NCBI GenBank assembly: GCA_947632345.1
Contig: CANROW010000002.1
Location: forward strand, 1-63,501
Reading direction: 5' to 3'
Source: an uncultured Bacilli bacterium
GTDB lineage: Bacteria; Bacillota_I; Bacilli_A; RF39; UBA660
Length of the DNA: 63,501 bases
The position numbers and the translations under genes are program-made. Below, one piece after another: positions 17,024 through 26,228 of this stretch (positions are counted from its first letter, which is position 1; each line of letters begins with the position of its first letter). The notes beneath the pieces are model-generated. The model searched no databases. It saw nothing but the letters and a program-made list of their open reading frames with translations, and had not been told where the DNA came from.

Positions 17024-19677
17024 TATTTTTCTTTAATTAATGTTTCGTATAGACGATCTCTTTGATGATGATCATTATGAATAAAGAAATTATTCATTTT
17101 TTGGAGTTTATCTTTAGATGGTTCACCACCATTCTTAAGTATTTCTTTTAGCTGTTTTAGAGTCGTTTTGTAATCTTGAGAAAAGTCCCCAATGCCATTG
17201 TCAAATTTAAAATCTAACTCTCGATATAGATTCATTCCTGATTTAAACTTTACATAATCGGGTACAAAATAGATGATAGCTCTTTTCAAATAGACAAAGT
17301 CAAAGACATAACTAGAAAAATCAGTAATAAATACTTTATATTCACTATCTGGCCAATCAGCACCGATTTTAATTCGCTCATTATCGATTTGATATAAATA
17401 CTGATATTTTTTAAATATTGGATGAAGTTTAAAATTTAAAGTGAAATCATATTTTTCTAACATATCAGCTAATTCTTTACTTTCTAAGAATTTTTTGCTT
17501 TCAATGTAAAATTCTGATTCTATAAAAGTTTTTTCCATTTTCGCATAATTAGTAATTTGTTTACCTACTAAATATGATCGCCAAGATGGAGCATATAAGA
17601 TAGTGTTTGTCTTTTTGACATCGGAATTTAAAAAATCATATCTTGGCATACCACAATCAATTAAATGTTCTTTGGTAAAACAATAATTATTGATAAAATT
17701 ATCTTTTTCATAATACGTTGAAATAACTTCTTTATCCAAAGGAAGCCGATCAAGGGAATATTTCCAAGGGAGATGGGCATGAAGAATACCATGTTGTAGA
17801 TATATGATCTCCGGTATATTAGCGATATCTATATAATAGGTGTAAGCATTTTTAGTATATGGTGATGAATTCTCTTGTTCAATATAGGCTGTTATGATTT
17901 TGCTAGCTTTTAAATACATAAATTTATGTTTTAAACTATGAAATTTTATAACTTTTCTCTTCTGTTTTTGATTAAAAATATCCTTGTTAAAATCTTTACT
18001 ATTATTAGATACATAATATCTTTTAATTCCATCTTTTATTTCAAGATCGTGAATGAACTGATAATATCCATTATCTTTTTTTACGCCTTTACAGTCATAA
18101 TATAACCATATTGGTTTCCTTGGATGATATAATCGACACATCAATCTAACTAGCAATTTCTTTTTATCATCGGTGAAGTGATAGATAAAGCGATTCATTC
18201 TAATAGCAAATTTAGTTTTTCGCGTTGCTTTTTCTATTTGAAAATAATCATTAATTTTCGAATAGATGAAAATATATCCATTATTTATATAATGATATCT
18301 TTCCAGTTTATCAGAAAAGACATTTCCTTGTGGAAAGAAGAATCGAGAACTGATCAAATGGTCGTGAAGAGATATATAAACTTTAAACATACTGATCTTT
18401 TGGTAATCAATTTCTAATTCGGATAGATAGAACTTGGCACATTTTTCTTTACATTGATGATAACTAAATGATGATTCTCGTACGGCAAACTCTTCTTTTT
18501 TAATGTCTTCTTCATCATAAGCGACTATTACTTTAGGTATTTCTTGTTCATATAAGAAAGCCGGTGATTTAATACAAATCATCATTTTTATTTTATTATC
18601 AACGATGCGAAATTTTAATAAATCAATATTAATCTTACTATCAGCCCAAATAATATTTTTATCACTTGCAACTGCGATGGCATCTCGAAAAGAGAGAACT
18701 TCCTTTTTAGCTTTTTTCTCATTCTTTAAATCGAGCCAATAATATTTGTGATAAATATTTAGACCAGGATGATATAGAATGACATCGTCATTTACCTTTG
18801 ACAACAAGGCTATAATACGACCAAACTCTTCATCAAATTTTTTTCCTTCGTATTGGTATGGCATTAAAATTCCGGCTTTATTTTTCCAATTCAAATCATT
18901 GATGAAAAGAGCTTGATAATATTCAGGAACATTACCTTTGAATTGTTTGAAAAAAGTTTCCCAAAAAGACATTGTCGTTTCAAATAAATAATAGGCATAA
19001 AACCTAGTTTTAGTTATACTATTAGGCTGTTGTAAGTACCAATAAGTTCCCGTATCGACATAGCCGATTTTCATTTTATTCTTGATTATATCCATACTAA
19101 ATTTTTGATCTTCATGAAAAAAACCTGGTCTTGTATCAAATAAAACATTGTTTTTAAATTGGTTTTTTATACAATAATTCATCGTTGTAATTGAAATAAA
19201 CCAATTTTCTTTTTGGGTTAAATCATATATGCCAGTGTGTGTTAAAAAACGATAGCGATAGTGTAGTTTCTCTTGAGGGATACCATTGACAACAGGTACT
19301 ATTTTGTAACCTACTAAATCGATTTCATCATAATGTTCATCAAAGAAAGGGACGATACTCTTAATTGTATCTGGTGAAATTGTATCGTCAGAGTCTAGAA
19401 ATAATATATATTTTCCTTCGGCTAGGCTAAGAGCTAAATTTCGCGTTTTAGATAAGCCTTCGTTCTCTTTTTTGACATAGCGAATATTATCATATTTTTC
19501 GACATATGGCTTAATAATCTCGTCACTATTATCCGTGCTACCATCATTTATAATAACTAATTGTATTTTGGATATATCATAGTCTTGCTGCAAAACGGAA
19601 TTCAATGTTTGCGCTACCCATTTTTCAGCATTATAGACGGGAATAATAATGCTGATATCATATTTTTTCTTTTTCAT
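17023..19677 (-). CDS. Bifunctional family-2 glycosyltransferase / CDP-glycerol glycerophosphotransferase (TagF/TarF-like)
   Basis: N-terminal GT2 motifs SIIIPVYNAEKWV...INDGSTDNS...LDSDD. C-terminal Glyphos_transf motifs LYAPSWR and FITDFSSYVFDF. Start was set at ATG 19677, 1 nt after the upstream stop. Confidence 0.8.
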   Translation of the reverse strand: MKKKKYDISIIIPVYNAEKWVAQTLNSVLQQDYDISKIQLVIINDGSTDNSDEIIKPYVEKYDNIRYVKKENEGLSKTRNLALSLAEGKYILFLDSDDTISPDTIKSIVPFFDEHYDEIDLVGYKIVPVVNGIPQEKLHYRYRFLTHTGIYDLTQKENWFISITTMNYCIKNQFKNNVLFDTRPGFFHEDQKFSMDIIKNKMKIGYVDTGTYWYLQQPNSITKTRFYAYYLFETTMSFWETFFKQFKGNVPEYYQALFINDLNWKNKAGILMPYQYEGKKFDEEFGRIIALLSKVNDDVILYHPGLNIYHKYYWLDLKNEKKAKKEVLSFRDAIAVASDKNIIWADSKINIDLLKFRIVDNKIKMMICIKSPAFLYEQEIPKVIVAYDEEDIKKEEFAVRESSFSYHQCKEKCAKFYLSELEIDYQKISMFKVYISLHDHLISSRFFFPQGNVFSDKLERYHYINNGYIFIYSKINDYFQIEKATRKTKFAIRMNRFIYHFTDDKKKLLVRLMCRLYHPRKPIWLYYDCKGVKKDNGYYQFIHDLEIKDGIKRYYVSNNSKDFNKDIFNQKQKRKVIKFHSLKHKFMYLKASKIITAYIEQENSSPYTKNAYTYYIDIANIPEIIYLQHGILHAHLPWKYSLDRLPLDKEVISTYYEKDNFINNYCFTKEHLIDCGMPRYDFLNSDVKKTNTILYAPSWRSYLVGKQITNYAKMEKTFIESEFYIESKKFLESKELADMLEKYDFTLNFKLHPIFKKYQYLYQIDNERIKIGADWPDSEYKVFITDFSSYVFDFVYLKRAIIYFVPDYVKFKSGMNLYRELDFKFDNGIGDFSQDYKTTLKQLKEILKNGGEPSKDKLQKMNNFFIHNDHHQRDRLYETLIKEK

Positions 19678-19678
19678 C

Positions 19679-22330
19679 TTAATCACTCTCGTTTCTCTTA
19701 CCATAAATTTTTTTAATCATTGTTAACGCTATAATTATAACACATGTTGTACTGCTAATGCATAATCCCAGTTTTAAATATGGAGTCTCATAGACAAATT
19801 TAACTATATGAGATCCTTTAGGAACCTTTGCACCAACGAAGCCGCTATTGACGACAAAAGAATCTATTTTTTGACCATCGACGTACACTTTAAATCCTTT
19901 TGAATATCCTGTCGCTAGTTGAATAATGCCGTCTTCATCATTATCAATTTTGGCAACAATACCATTGGAATTGACTTCAGTTATCGCAACGTTTTGACTG
20001 AGATTCTTCATATCATCTTCATATTCTGTCATATCAACGGCATATAGTTCTATTTCATCAAAGGTATAAGTTCCTTTTTTATTAATGATGTATTCGATTT
20101 CTTTATCACTAGAGTAGCTACCAAGATTTATATAGAAATCGTCCATAGGATAATACCATTGAGAAGAATTTTTATCTTCTATATCATGATAATTATTAAC
20201 CCCATTAACGTTAATACTTATCTTGTTGGCCAAATTATTTCCTGCAAAGGGCGTATAGTTAAAATTCTTGATACATAAGTATAATTCTTTATCCATCATA
20301 TCTTGGACGTGAAATTTGATGACATATGGAACGTCATTGACAACAATTTTTTTAGCATCAATCTTTTCTTTGTCTTCATCAGCAATCTCGTAATCAACTT
20401 TGGTAACTACAGATGAATAATCATCTAAAGTAGATATTTGTACATTTCCTAAATCATCTTTATCCAAAACAGCTGCTTTCGTGATTAAATACTCACGATC
20501 AAGAGGATTGGCTTTTAACCATTCATCACGAGAAAGAACTTTATTATACATAACAAGTGGTGAAACAGGTGCGTTGTTCTTATAAATTCCTAATTCACCG
20601 ATAGAAGCATATTCTGAATAGTCATATGGTAGACGTTCAACATTATTTTTATCGGTTATAAAATATTTTTCTCCCATTAGAGTAGTAATTCTCGTACGAT
20701 TATCAAATTCTAGTAATATTTTATTGACTGAAACATCAAAGTTATAAAGATCATCACTCAAGTTTTTTAAATAATTATTTGATATTGATAAATAGGTATT
20801 TGGTGACTTATAGTCAAAATATTGGGCAGAATTTTGAAACCATCTTGGAAAACGACCAATTCTATAAAATGATTCATCTTTTTTTATTAACGCGATAGCT
20901 TTATCATAATTTTTTAAATTGCCATTAAGGGAATTATATTTATCGTCAATACTGTCAAAGGCAACACTATTTTTGATATATGGTGCATATCCTTTATAAC
21001 CAATATAGCCCAGATTCAAGAACACTAGAAGAAGTACTAATATTTTTACTATTGGCCTAAATTTATCATTATTGTGGAAGAGATGATTATATGCCACAAT
21101 GACGATGAGGATTGCTAAACAAGGAATTAAACTTTTAAACACTATTAAAAGGTTGTTAATATGAAGACCTATTAAAATGGTACAATAGAAAATCATAAAC
21201 ATTGTCATCCTAGTAAGTTCAATAGGCTTATACTTCAAATTATTGTTCAATCCGCAGACAATCAGATATGAAAAGCAAAAACAAAGAGCGAAAGTCCAGC
21301 GATTTGTACAATAATGAAAGCCATTCATCACCTTACCAAACATTGGGGTAACAAGACCAATAATTAAAATGAATGTAAAGAGAAGAATACTTTTATTATT
21401 TTTATAATTTCCAAGGCCAACAGGTAACATTAATAATAAGAGAGAAGAGCAGCCAATCGTCGTAGAGAAGCCACTATCGGAAATGATAAAAAGATTATGA
21501 ATTAAATTTTTATAATAACTTATATTATAATCAGCCATTAATGTGATAGGATTACGTCCAGAATTTTTAAAGGCATATAAAACTGGTAATAGAATAAAAG
21601 ATGATAATAAGATGGATATGCCAAAACAAACACCTGCTTTGATTAATTTTGTGAAAAAACCCCTTATACTCTTATGATCAATTTCAAATAAATATATGAC
21701 AAGAGCATAAATTAAGCTAAGTATTACTAGCATATAACAAAAATAGAAATTACATATTATTGAAATAAAATATAGTAATATTATATATTTATAGTTATTT
21801 TCTTTTAAAAATTTTTCAATACCAATAAATAACAAAGGTAGTAATATGGCGGCATTGGCAAAATAGGGATGCATAAAAGAGAAGAGTAATACATAGCTTG
21901 AAAATGAGTAGACTAAAGAACCAAGTAGAGAACTGAATGCATCTTTATTTTTATATTTACAAAATAATAAAAAGGTTAAACCGCAACAATATATTCGCAA
22001 AACAATTAGTAAAGAGTAAATGTATTTCAAGGCTCCGACCGAAAAGGGAAGACTTAAATAAAAGAATGGGTCACCAATAACATAATAGGCATATTCACCA
22101 ATGACTCCTTCACCTAATCCAATGTTCCAAGAGAATAATGAAAAACCATTTTTAATAATTTCATGATAGTTTTTAAAAATAACATAATGTTGATTAAAAG
22201 AATCCATTCCCAATAATAATGATTTTCCGCGGGCATAAAATCCTAAAAAGACTATTGACGCTATTATAGAGAAGGATAATGTATAAAAGATAAGGGTTTT
22301 ATAAAATTTATCATTTGTTCTCGTCTTCAT
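19679..22330 (-). CDS. YfhO-like polytopic membrane glycosyltransferase (cell-wall glycopolymer glycosylation)
   Basis: 883 aa. The N-terminal half has at least 12 predicted TM helices. A large extracytoplasmic domain follows, with one terminal TM helix. This is the YfhO-family architecture, and the gene is operonic with the TagF-like gene. Confidence 0.55.
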   Translation of the reverse strand: MKTRTNDKFYKTLIFYTLSFSIIASIVFLGFYARGKSLLLGMDSFNQHYVIFKNYHEIIKNGFSLFSWNIGLGEGVIGEYAYYVIGDPFFYLSLPFSVGALKYIYSLLIVLRIYCCGLTFLLFCKYKNKDAFSSLLGSLVYSFSSYVLLFSFMHPYFANAAILLPLLFIGIEKFLKENNYKYIILLYFISIICNFYFCYMLVILSLIYALVIYLFEIDHKSIRGFFTKLIKAGVCFGISILLSSFILLPVLYAFKNSGRNPITLMADYNISYYKNLIHNLFIISDSGFSTTIGCSSLLLLMLPVGLGNYKNNKSILLFTFILIIGLVTPMFGKVMNGFHYCTNRWTFALCFCFSYLIVCGLNNNLKYKPIELTRMTMFMIFYCTILIGLHINNLLIVFKSLIPCLAILIVIVAYNHLFHNNDKFRPIVKILVLLLVFLNLGYIGYKGYAPYIKNSVAFDSIDDKYNSLNGNLKNYDKAIALIKKDESFYRIGRFPRWFQNSAQYFDYKSPNTYLSISNNYLKNLSDDLYNFDVSVNKILLEFDNRTRITTLMGEKYFITDKNNVERLPYDYSEYASIGELGIYKNNAPVSPLVMYNKVLSRDEWLKANPLDREYLITKAAVLDKDDLGNVQISTLDDYSSVVTKVDYEIADEDKEKIDAKKIVVNDVPYVIKFHVQDMMDKELYLCIKNFNYTPFAGNNLANKISINVNGVNNYHDIEDKNSSQWYYPMDDFYINLGSYSSDKEIEYIINKKGTYTFDEIELYAVDMTEYEDDMKNLSQNVAITEVNSNGIVAKIDNDEDGIIQLATGYSKGFKVYVDGQKIDSFVVNSGFVGAKVPKGSHIVKFVYETPYLKLGLCISSTTCVIIIALTMIKKIYGKRNESD

Positions 22331-22601
22331 AAAAACCTCCTGATTATTTATTTACTACAATTTAAGTATAATAAATCACCATTTAAAATTCAATATCTAT
22401 ATGTATTTAATGAGGAAAATCCAGCAACTGGCAAACACAATGAACCCTTTTTTGTTTTAGATGTAAAGATTGATAGGAATAAATGAAAAAATAGTTATTT
22501 CTATAAAACAAATTTATTTTGTTCTAAATATATGATATGATAAAAATATAGTAGAATACGCGTGATTTTCATGTTCTATAGTAGTAAAGGAGTAGTAAGA
22601 T

Positions 22602-23237
22602 ATGGAAGAAGAAAATAGAGGTATCGAGAAAAATGATGTAAATCAAACTAAAAAGAAAAGATTACATTTAAAAAAATTATTAGTCTTTCTTTTGGTAGGA
22701 GTTATTGCATTATCAATAATTATAGCTTTGATGCCGAAAGACGAGGAAAGGATAGAAATGAAAGTTAAGAGTTCACTCGTTAAAATAATTGAAAAAAGTG
22801 ATCTTGAAACGGTTAATATCACCTATAATGTCATTGCCAAAAAATGTAAAGAGGACGATTGTGATACGACCTCAAATAATATTGGTGATTTTAAATATGT
22901 GGTTTCCTGTAAAGGGACAATAACGGCGGGGATTGATTTTACAAAGGTTAAAATTGATGTCGATGAAGAAAATAAAAAAATTGTGGTTGAAGTACCAGAT
23001 GCAATTATAAAAGGTGAACCCAATATTGGCTCAATTAAATTTTTAAATGGTAATAACGTCTCAGCTGATGAGTTGCCAAATGCAAGAAAGTTATGTCAAG
23101 AAGTAACAAAATCTAAAAGCCAGGAGGATAATCAATTGATTCCAGAAGCTAAAGCTCAAGCAATAACAATACTTGAAGAATTTTATAGCCAATGGATAAA
23201 GGCATATGATCCTTCATATACAGTGGAAGTTAAATAA
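22602..23237 (+). CDS. DUF4230-like membrane-anchored protein
   Basis: N-terminal TM helix. The motif GTITAGIDFTKVKIDVDEENKKIVVEVPDAIIKGEPNI is paralogous to the next gene. Confidence 0.45.
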   Translation: MEEENRGIEKNDVNQTKKKRLHLKKLLVFLLVGVIALSIIIALMPKDEERIEMKVKSSLVKIIEKSDLETVNITYNVIAKKCKEDDCDTTSNNIGDFKYVVSCKGTITAGIDFTKVKIDVDEENKKIVVEVPDAIIKGEPNIGSIKFLNGNNVSADELPNARKLCQEVTKSKSQEDNQLIPEAKAQAITILEEFYSQWIKAYDPSYTVEVK

Positions 23238-23246
23238 GAGGTGGTT

Positions 23247-23843
23247 ATGATGAAGAAGTTTAAATTATCATTAACTATTGCATTGTTAATTGGTTGTTTA
23301 GCAGGATGTGAAAAATCCAGTACGGAGTCATTAGCAGAAAATGTAAAAAGAATAGAACTTACTGGAAATTTAGTGACTTATCAAGCTTATTATCATAATG
23401 TATTAGAATATGAAAAAAAAGCGGGTTCTGGAATAACACATATGTTAGAAAAAGATAGAAAATTATTTGCTGAATACACTGGAACAATCAAATACGGAAT
23501 TGATTTATCACGAGTTAAGATTGATGTTAAAGACAATGAAATTATGGTTTTCATTCCTAAGGCCAAAATAATTGGTGAACCAAATGTCGATAAAGATGAT
23601 TTTAAATCTGAAAATTTTATTGAATCAAAAGATGGTTTTATAAATAAAAATCCTATAACAGCAGATGATATTGCTGAAGCCTTTGATCAGGCACAAACGG
23701 ATATAAAGGAAAATGCTCAAAATAATACGGAATTATTAGATATGGCCCAAAAAAGAGCCAAAGCCATCATCGAAGAAAATATAAAACAATTTAGTGGTAT
23801 ATCTGAAAGTAAATATACAATTAATTGGGAATATGAACAATAA
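23247..23843 (+). CDS. DUF4230-like lipoprotein (paralog of the preceding gene)
   Basis: Lipobox LIGCLAGC. The motif GTIKYGIDLSRVKIDVKDNEIMVFIPKAKIIGEPNV matches the preceding gene. SD sequence AAGAGGTGG. Confidence 0.45.
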   Translation: MMKKFKLSLTIALLIGCLAGCEKSSTESLAENVKRIELTGNLVTYQAYYHNVLEYEKKAGSGITHMLEKDRKLFAEYTGTIKYGIDLSRVKIDVKDNEIMVFIPKAKIIGEPNVDKDDFKSENFIESKDGFINKNPITADDIAEAFDQAQTDIKENAQNNTELLDMAQKRAKAIIEENIKQFSGISESKYTINWEYEQ

Positions 23844-23910
23844 AAAGAAGAGTATCCACAACTAGCAAATTCTTATCATCATTTAAGATCAATAAAAGGG
23901 GATAGATAAA

Positions 23911-24450
23911 ATGAAAAAAGTAATGGCGATATTATTACTTTGCTGGGGATTAGTCAGTTGTAGTTTAGCACTTCCGACGAGGGAAGATGAAGAAAACAAA
24001 GAAAATCTTGGCTATGTTGAACCAATCACTATAAGCGCCTTGATTAAATCCTTTAACGATCAAATCTTTACTAATTCTGGACTCGGACCAACAACAGAAA
24101 ACTATTCATCTCTTGCTGATGGAAAGTATTGGTTTGAAATAACCGAAGGAATACATTTAGTAGTACTTCCAAAAGGAGAACCGAAGAGTTTAGAAGAGGA
24201 TATCGTTGCTTCTAGTAATCTCTACTTTGAACAAGAACATATTAATGATCCTCAAGTATTAGCTTATACGCGAATGTTAATTATGGCGAATAATGCCCAA
24301 ATATCTTATGACGAAGCTCAGAACTTGATTGATGAAGCTCAAACATTAACTTCAGAAAAAGGTACTAGTAATAATGGTAAAGGTATTTCTGTCAGATTTT
24401 TAAAGTCAGATAATCATTATGAGTACCAGATAATCCGTGTCTATCAATAG
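23911..24450 (+). CDS. Hypothetical lipoprotein
   Basis: Signal peptide with lipobox-like LVSCS. No other motif was recognised. Confidence 0.55.
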   Translation: MKKVMAILLLCWGLVSCSLALPTREDEENKENLGYVEPITISALIKSFNDQIFTNSGLGPTTENYSSLADGKYWFEITEGIHLVVLPKGEPKSLEEDIVASSNLYFEQEHINDPQVLAYTRMLIMANNAQISYDEAQNLIDEAQTLTSEKGTSNNGKGISVRFLKSDNHYEYQIIRVYQ

Positions 24451-24470
24451 CTATTTATAAATCAATTATT

Positions 24471-24492
24471 AGAAGCTCAGGCTTCTTTTTTT
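24471..24492 (+). terminator. Rho-independent terminator
   Basis: AGAAGC-tcag-GCTTCT followed by a T6 run. Confidence 0.6.
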
Positions 24493-24628
24493 ATTTAAAT
24501 AAAAATATATATCTGTAAGATATTTTTTTATGATTAATATTTATATGATAAGTATTTATTAAAACTCTATTAATGCTGTGGACGTAATTAATGACTTTCA
24601 TATTATAATGTTTAGTGGAGGTGAAACT

Positions 24629-26071
24629 ATGGATCAAGAAAAAATAGGAAAATTTATTGCTGAATGTCGTAAGAAAAAGAATTTGACGCAACAGGAGTTG
24701 GCTGATGAACTGGGAATAACTGATCGCGCTGTTTCGCATTGGGAAAACGGTAGAAGTCTTCCCGATATTTCTCTTTTTCAACAACTGTGTGACATATTAA
24801 ATATTTCTATCAATGAGTTGATTTGTGGGGAGAGAATTAGTGAAGATAAATTGATTAAAAAAAGTGATGAAAACATAATTAATACATTAGAAGATAAGAT
24901 AAAGCAAAAGAAAAAAGCTAATAGTATTATAATTAGCTTAGTTTTAGGAATTATTTTTCTTTTTATCGTATTACTATTGAGTACGAGAATAACTTATCCA
25001 AAAATTAATTTATTTAACTTTACCATACAATCTTTACCTTCAGATGCCATTTATAAGTTGAATAAACAATTGAGCATTGACCAAAGAAACGTTTATTACT
25101 ATGGAATAGATTTTGCTGTGTTTTGTGATGATGAGGAAAAGTGTTATCAAGTGGATGAAGCCTTGAAACATAAACAGATGAGCATTGATAAATTTCAGAA
25201 ATATTTGGACAAACAAGTTGAATATGAAAATTATCGTATGATGCAATTTTGGGATGGTGGAACTAAAGTTTATGAAAAATCGGAAATGATTGTAATGTTT
25301 TGCAACACGATAGATGGTAATCGCGATGTCTATATAGGTAATGATGAAATGTTAAATAATTTACAAGGGGAATACTGTGGTCACTCTAAAAATCAAGATA
25401 AAAGTTATATTAGGACTTATAAAGTTATCAGTACGACAATCAATAGCAATGACGAAGAATTTAATGATGTGACTCTTGAACAAAATGATGGTACTAGAGG
25501 AAAAGTATTAATAAATAATTCATATTCTTTAATACCAGGACATACTTATGAATTCTCTTTTCTAACTTTTGATCACTTTAACGATACAATCGAAAATATA
25601 TTTAATCATTCTACATTCTTGAATGCTGTTGAAACATTGAAAGAGCCTGCGGAACAAATAAATGAAAAAATAATTGTTAATGACGACTTGGATAATGGAT
25701 CTGAATTAAATGAACTTGAACACGTCAAAATGGATATTGTCAATGGAACACTGACACCAACTTCTACTAGAGTCCGAATCACTGATTTAACTAATGGAAA
25801 ATATTCTTATGGGTCAGATTTTAGAATTGATAAAAAGGATGGTGATAAGTGGGGCGAATTAAAACCAAAAGAGCCATTGTTATTTACTGACATAGCTTAT
25901 GGACCAGATAGAAATGGTTATATTGAGTTGAATATTAATTGGGAACGTTCATATGGTAAATTAGCTAAAGGACGATATAGAATAGTGAAATCGGCATTGA
26001 TGAATTCCGAAACGCCTTGCGAAAACGAATGTAAAAATTATTATTTTTCAGTGGAATTTGATATTGATTAA
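24629..26071 (+). CDS. Membrane-tethered XRE-family HTH regulator with large extracytoplasmic domain
   Basis: N-terminal HTH_3 domain IGKFIAECRKKKNLTQQELADELGITDRAVSHWENGRSLPD. One TM helix (IIISLVLGIIFLFIVLLL) and a C-terminal domain of about 330 aa. Start was moved to ATG 24629, which follows GGAGGTG. Confidence 0.75.
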   Translation: MDQEKIGKFIAECRKKKNLTQQELADELGITDRAVSHWENGRSLPDISLFQQLCDILNISINELICGERISEDKLIKKSDENIINTLEDKIKQKKKANSIIISLVLGIIFLFIVLLLSTRITYPKINLFNFTIQSLPSDAIYKLNKQLSIDQRNVYYYGIDFAVFCDDEEKCYQVDEALKHKQMSIDKFQKYLDKQVEYENYRMMQFWDGGTKVYEKSEMIVMFCNTIDGNRDVYIGNDEMLNNLQGEYCGHSKNQDKSYIRTYKVISTTINSNDEEFNDVTLEQNDGTRGKVLINNSYSLIPGHTYEFSFLTFDHFNDTIENIFNHSTFLNAVETLKEPAEQINEKIIVNDDLDNGSELNELEHVKMDIVNGTLTPTSTRVRITDLTNGKYSYGSDFRIDKKDGDKWGELKPKEPLLFTDIAYGPDRNGYIELNINWERSYGKLAKGRYRIVKSALMNSETPCENECKNYYFSVEFDID

Positions 26072-26175
26072 ATAAATTTTTAAAGAAATGACATTTTTAA
26101 ATATATCATCAAAAATAAATACTTATACCTTTTTATAGGAAGAAGCGACATAATTATTTTAACCTAATAATTTGA

Positions 26176-26205
26176 TTGACAAAGTAATTATTCAAGTAAT
26201 AGAAT
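26176..26205 (+). promoter_or_regulatory. Putative promoter of the surface-protein gene
   Basis: TTGACA (26176-26181), 18-nt spacer, then TAGAAT (26200-26205). Confidence 0.35.
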
Positions 26206-26228
26206 AAAAACAAGGGAGGAGAGAATAT

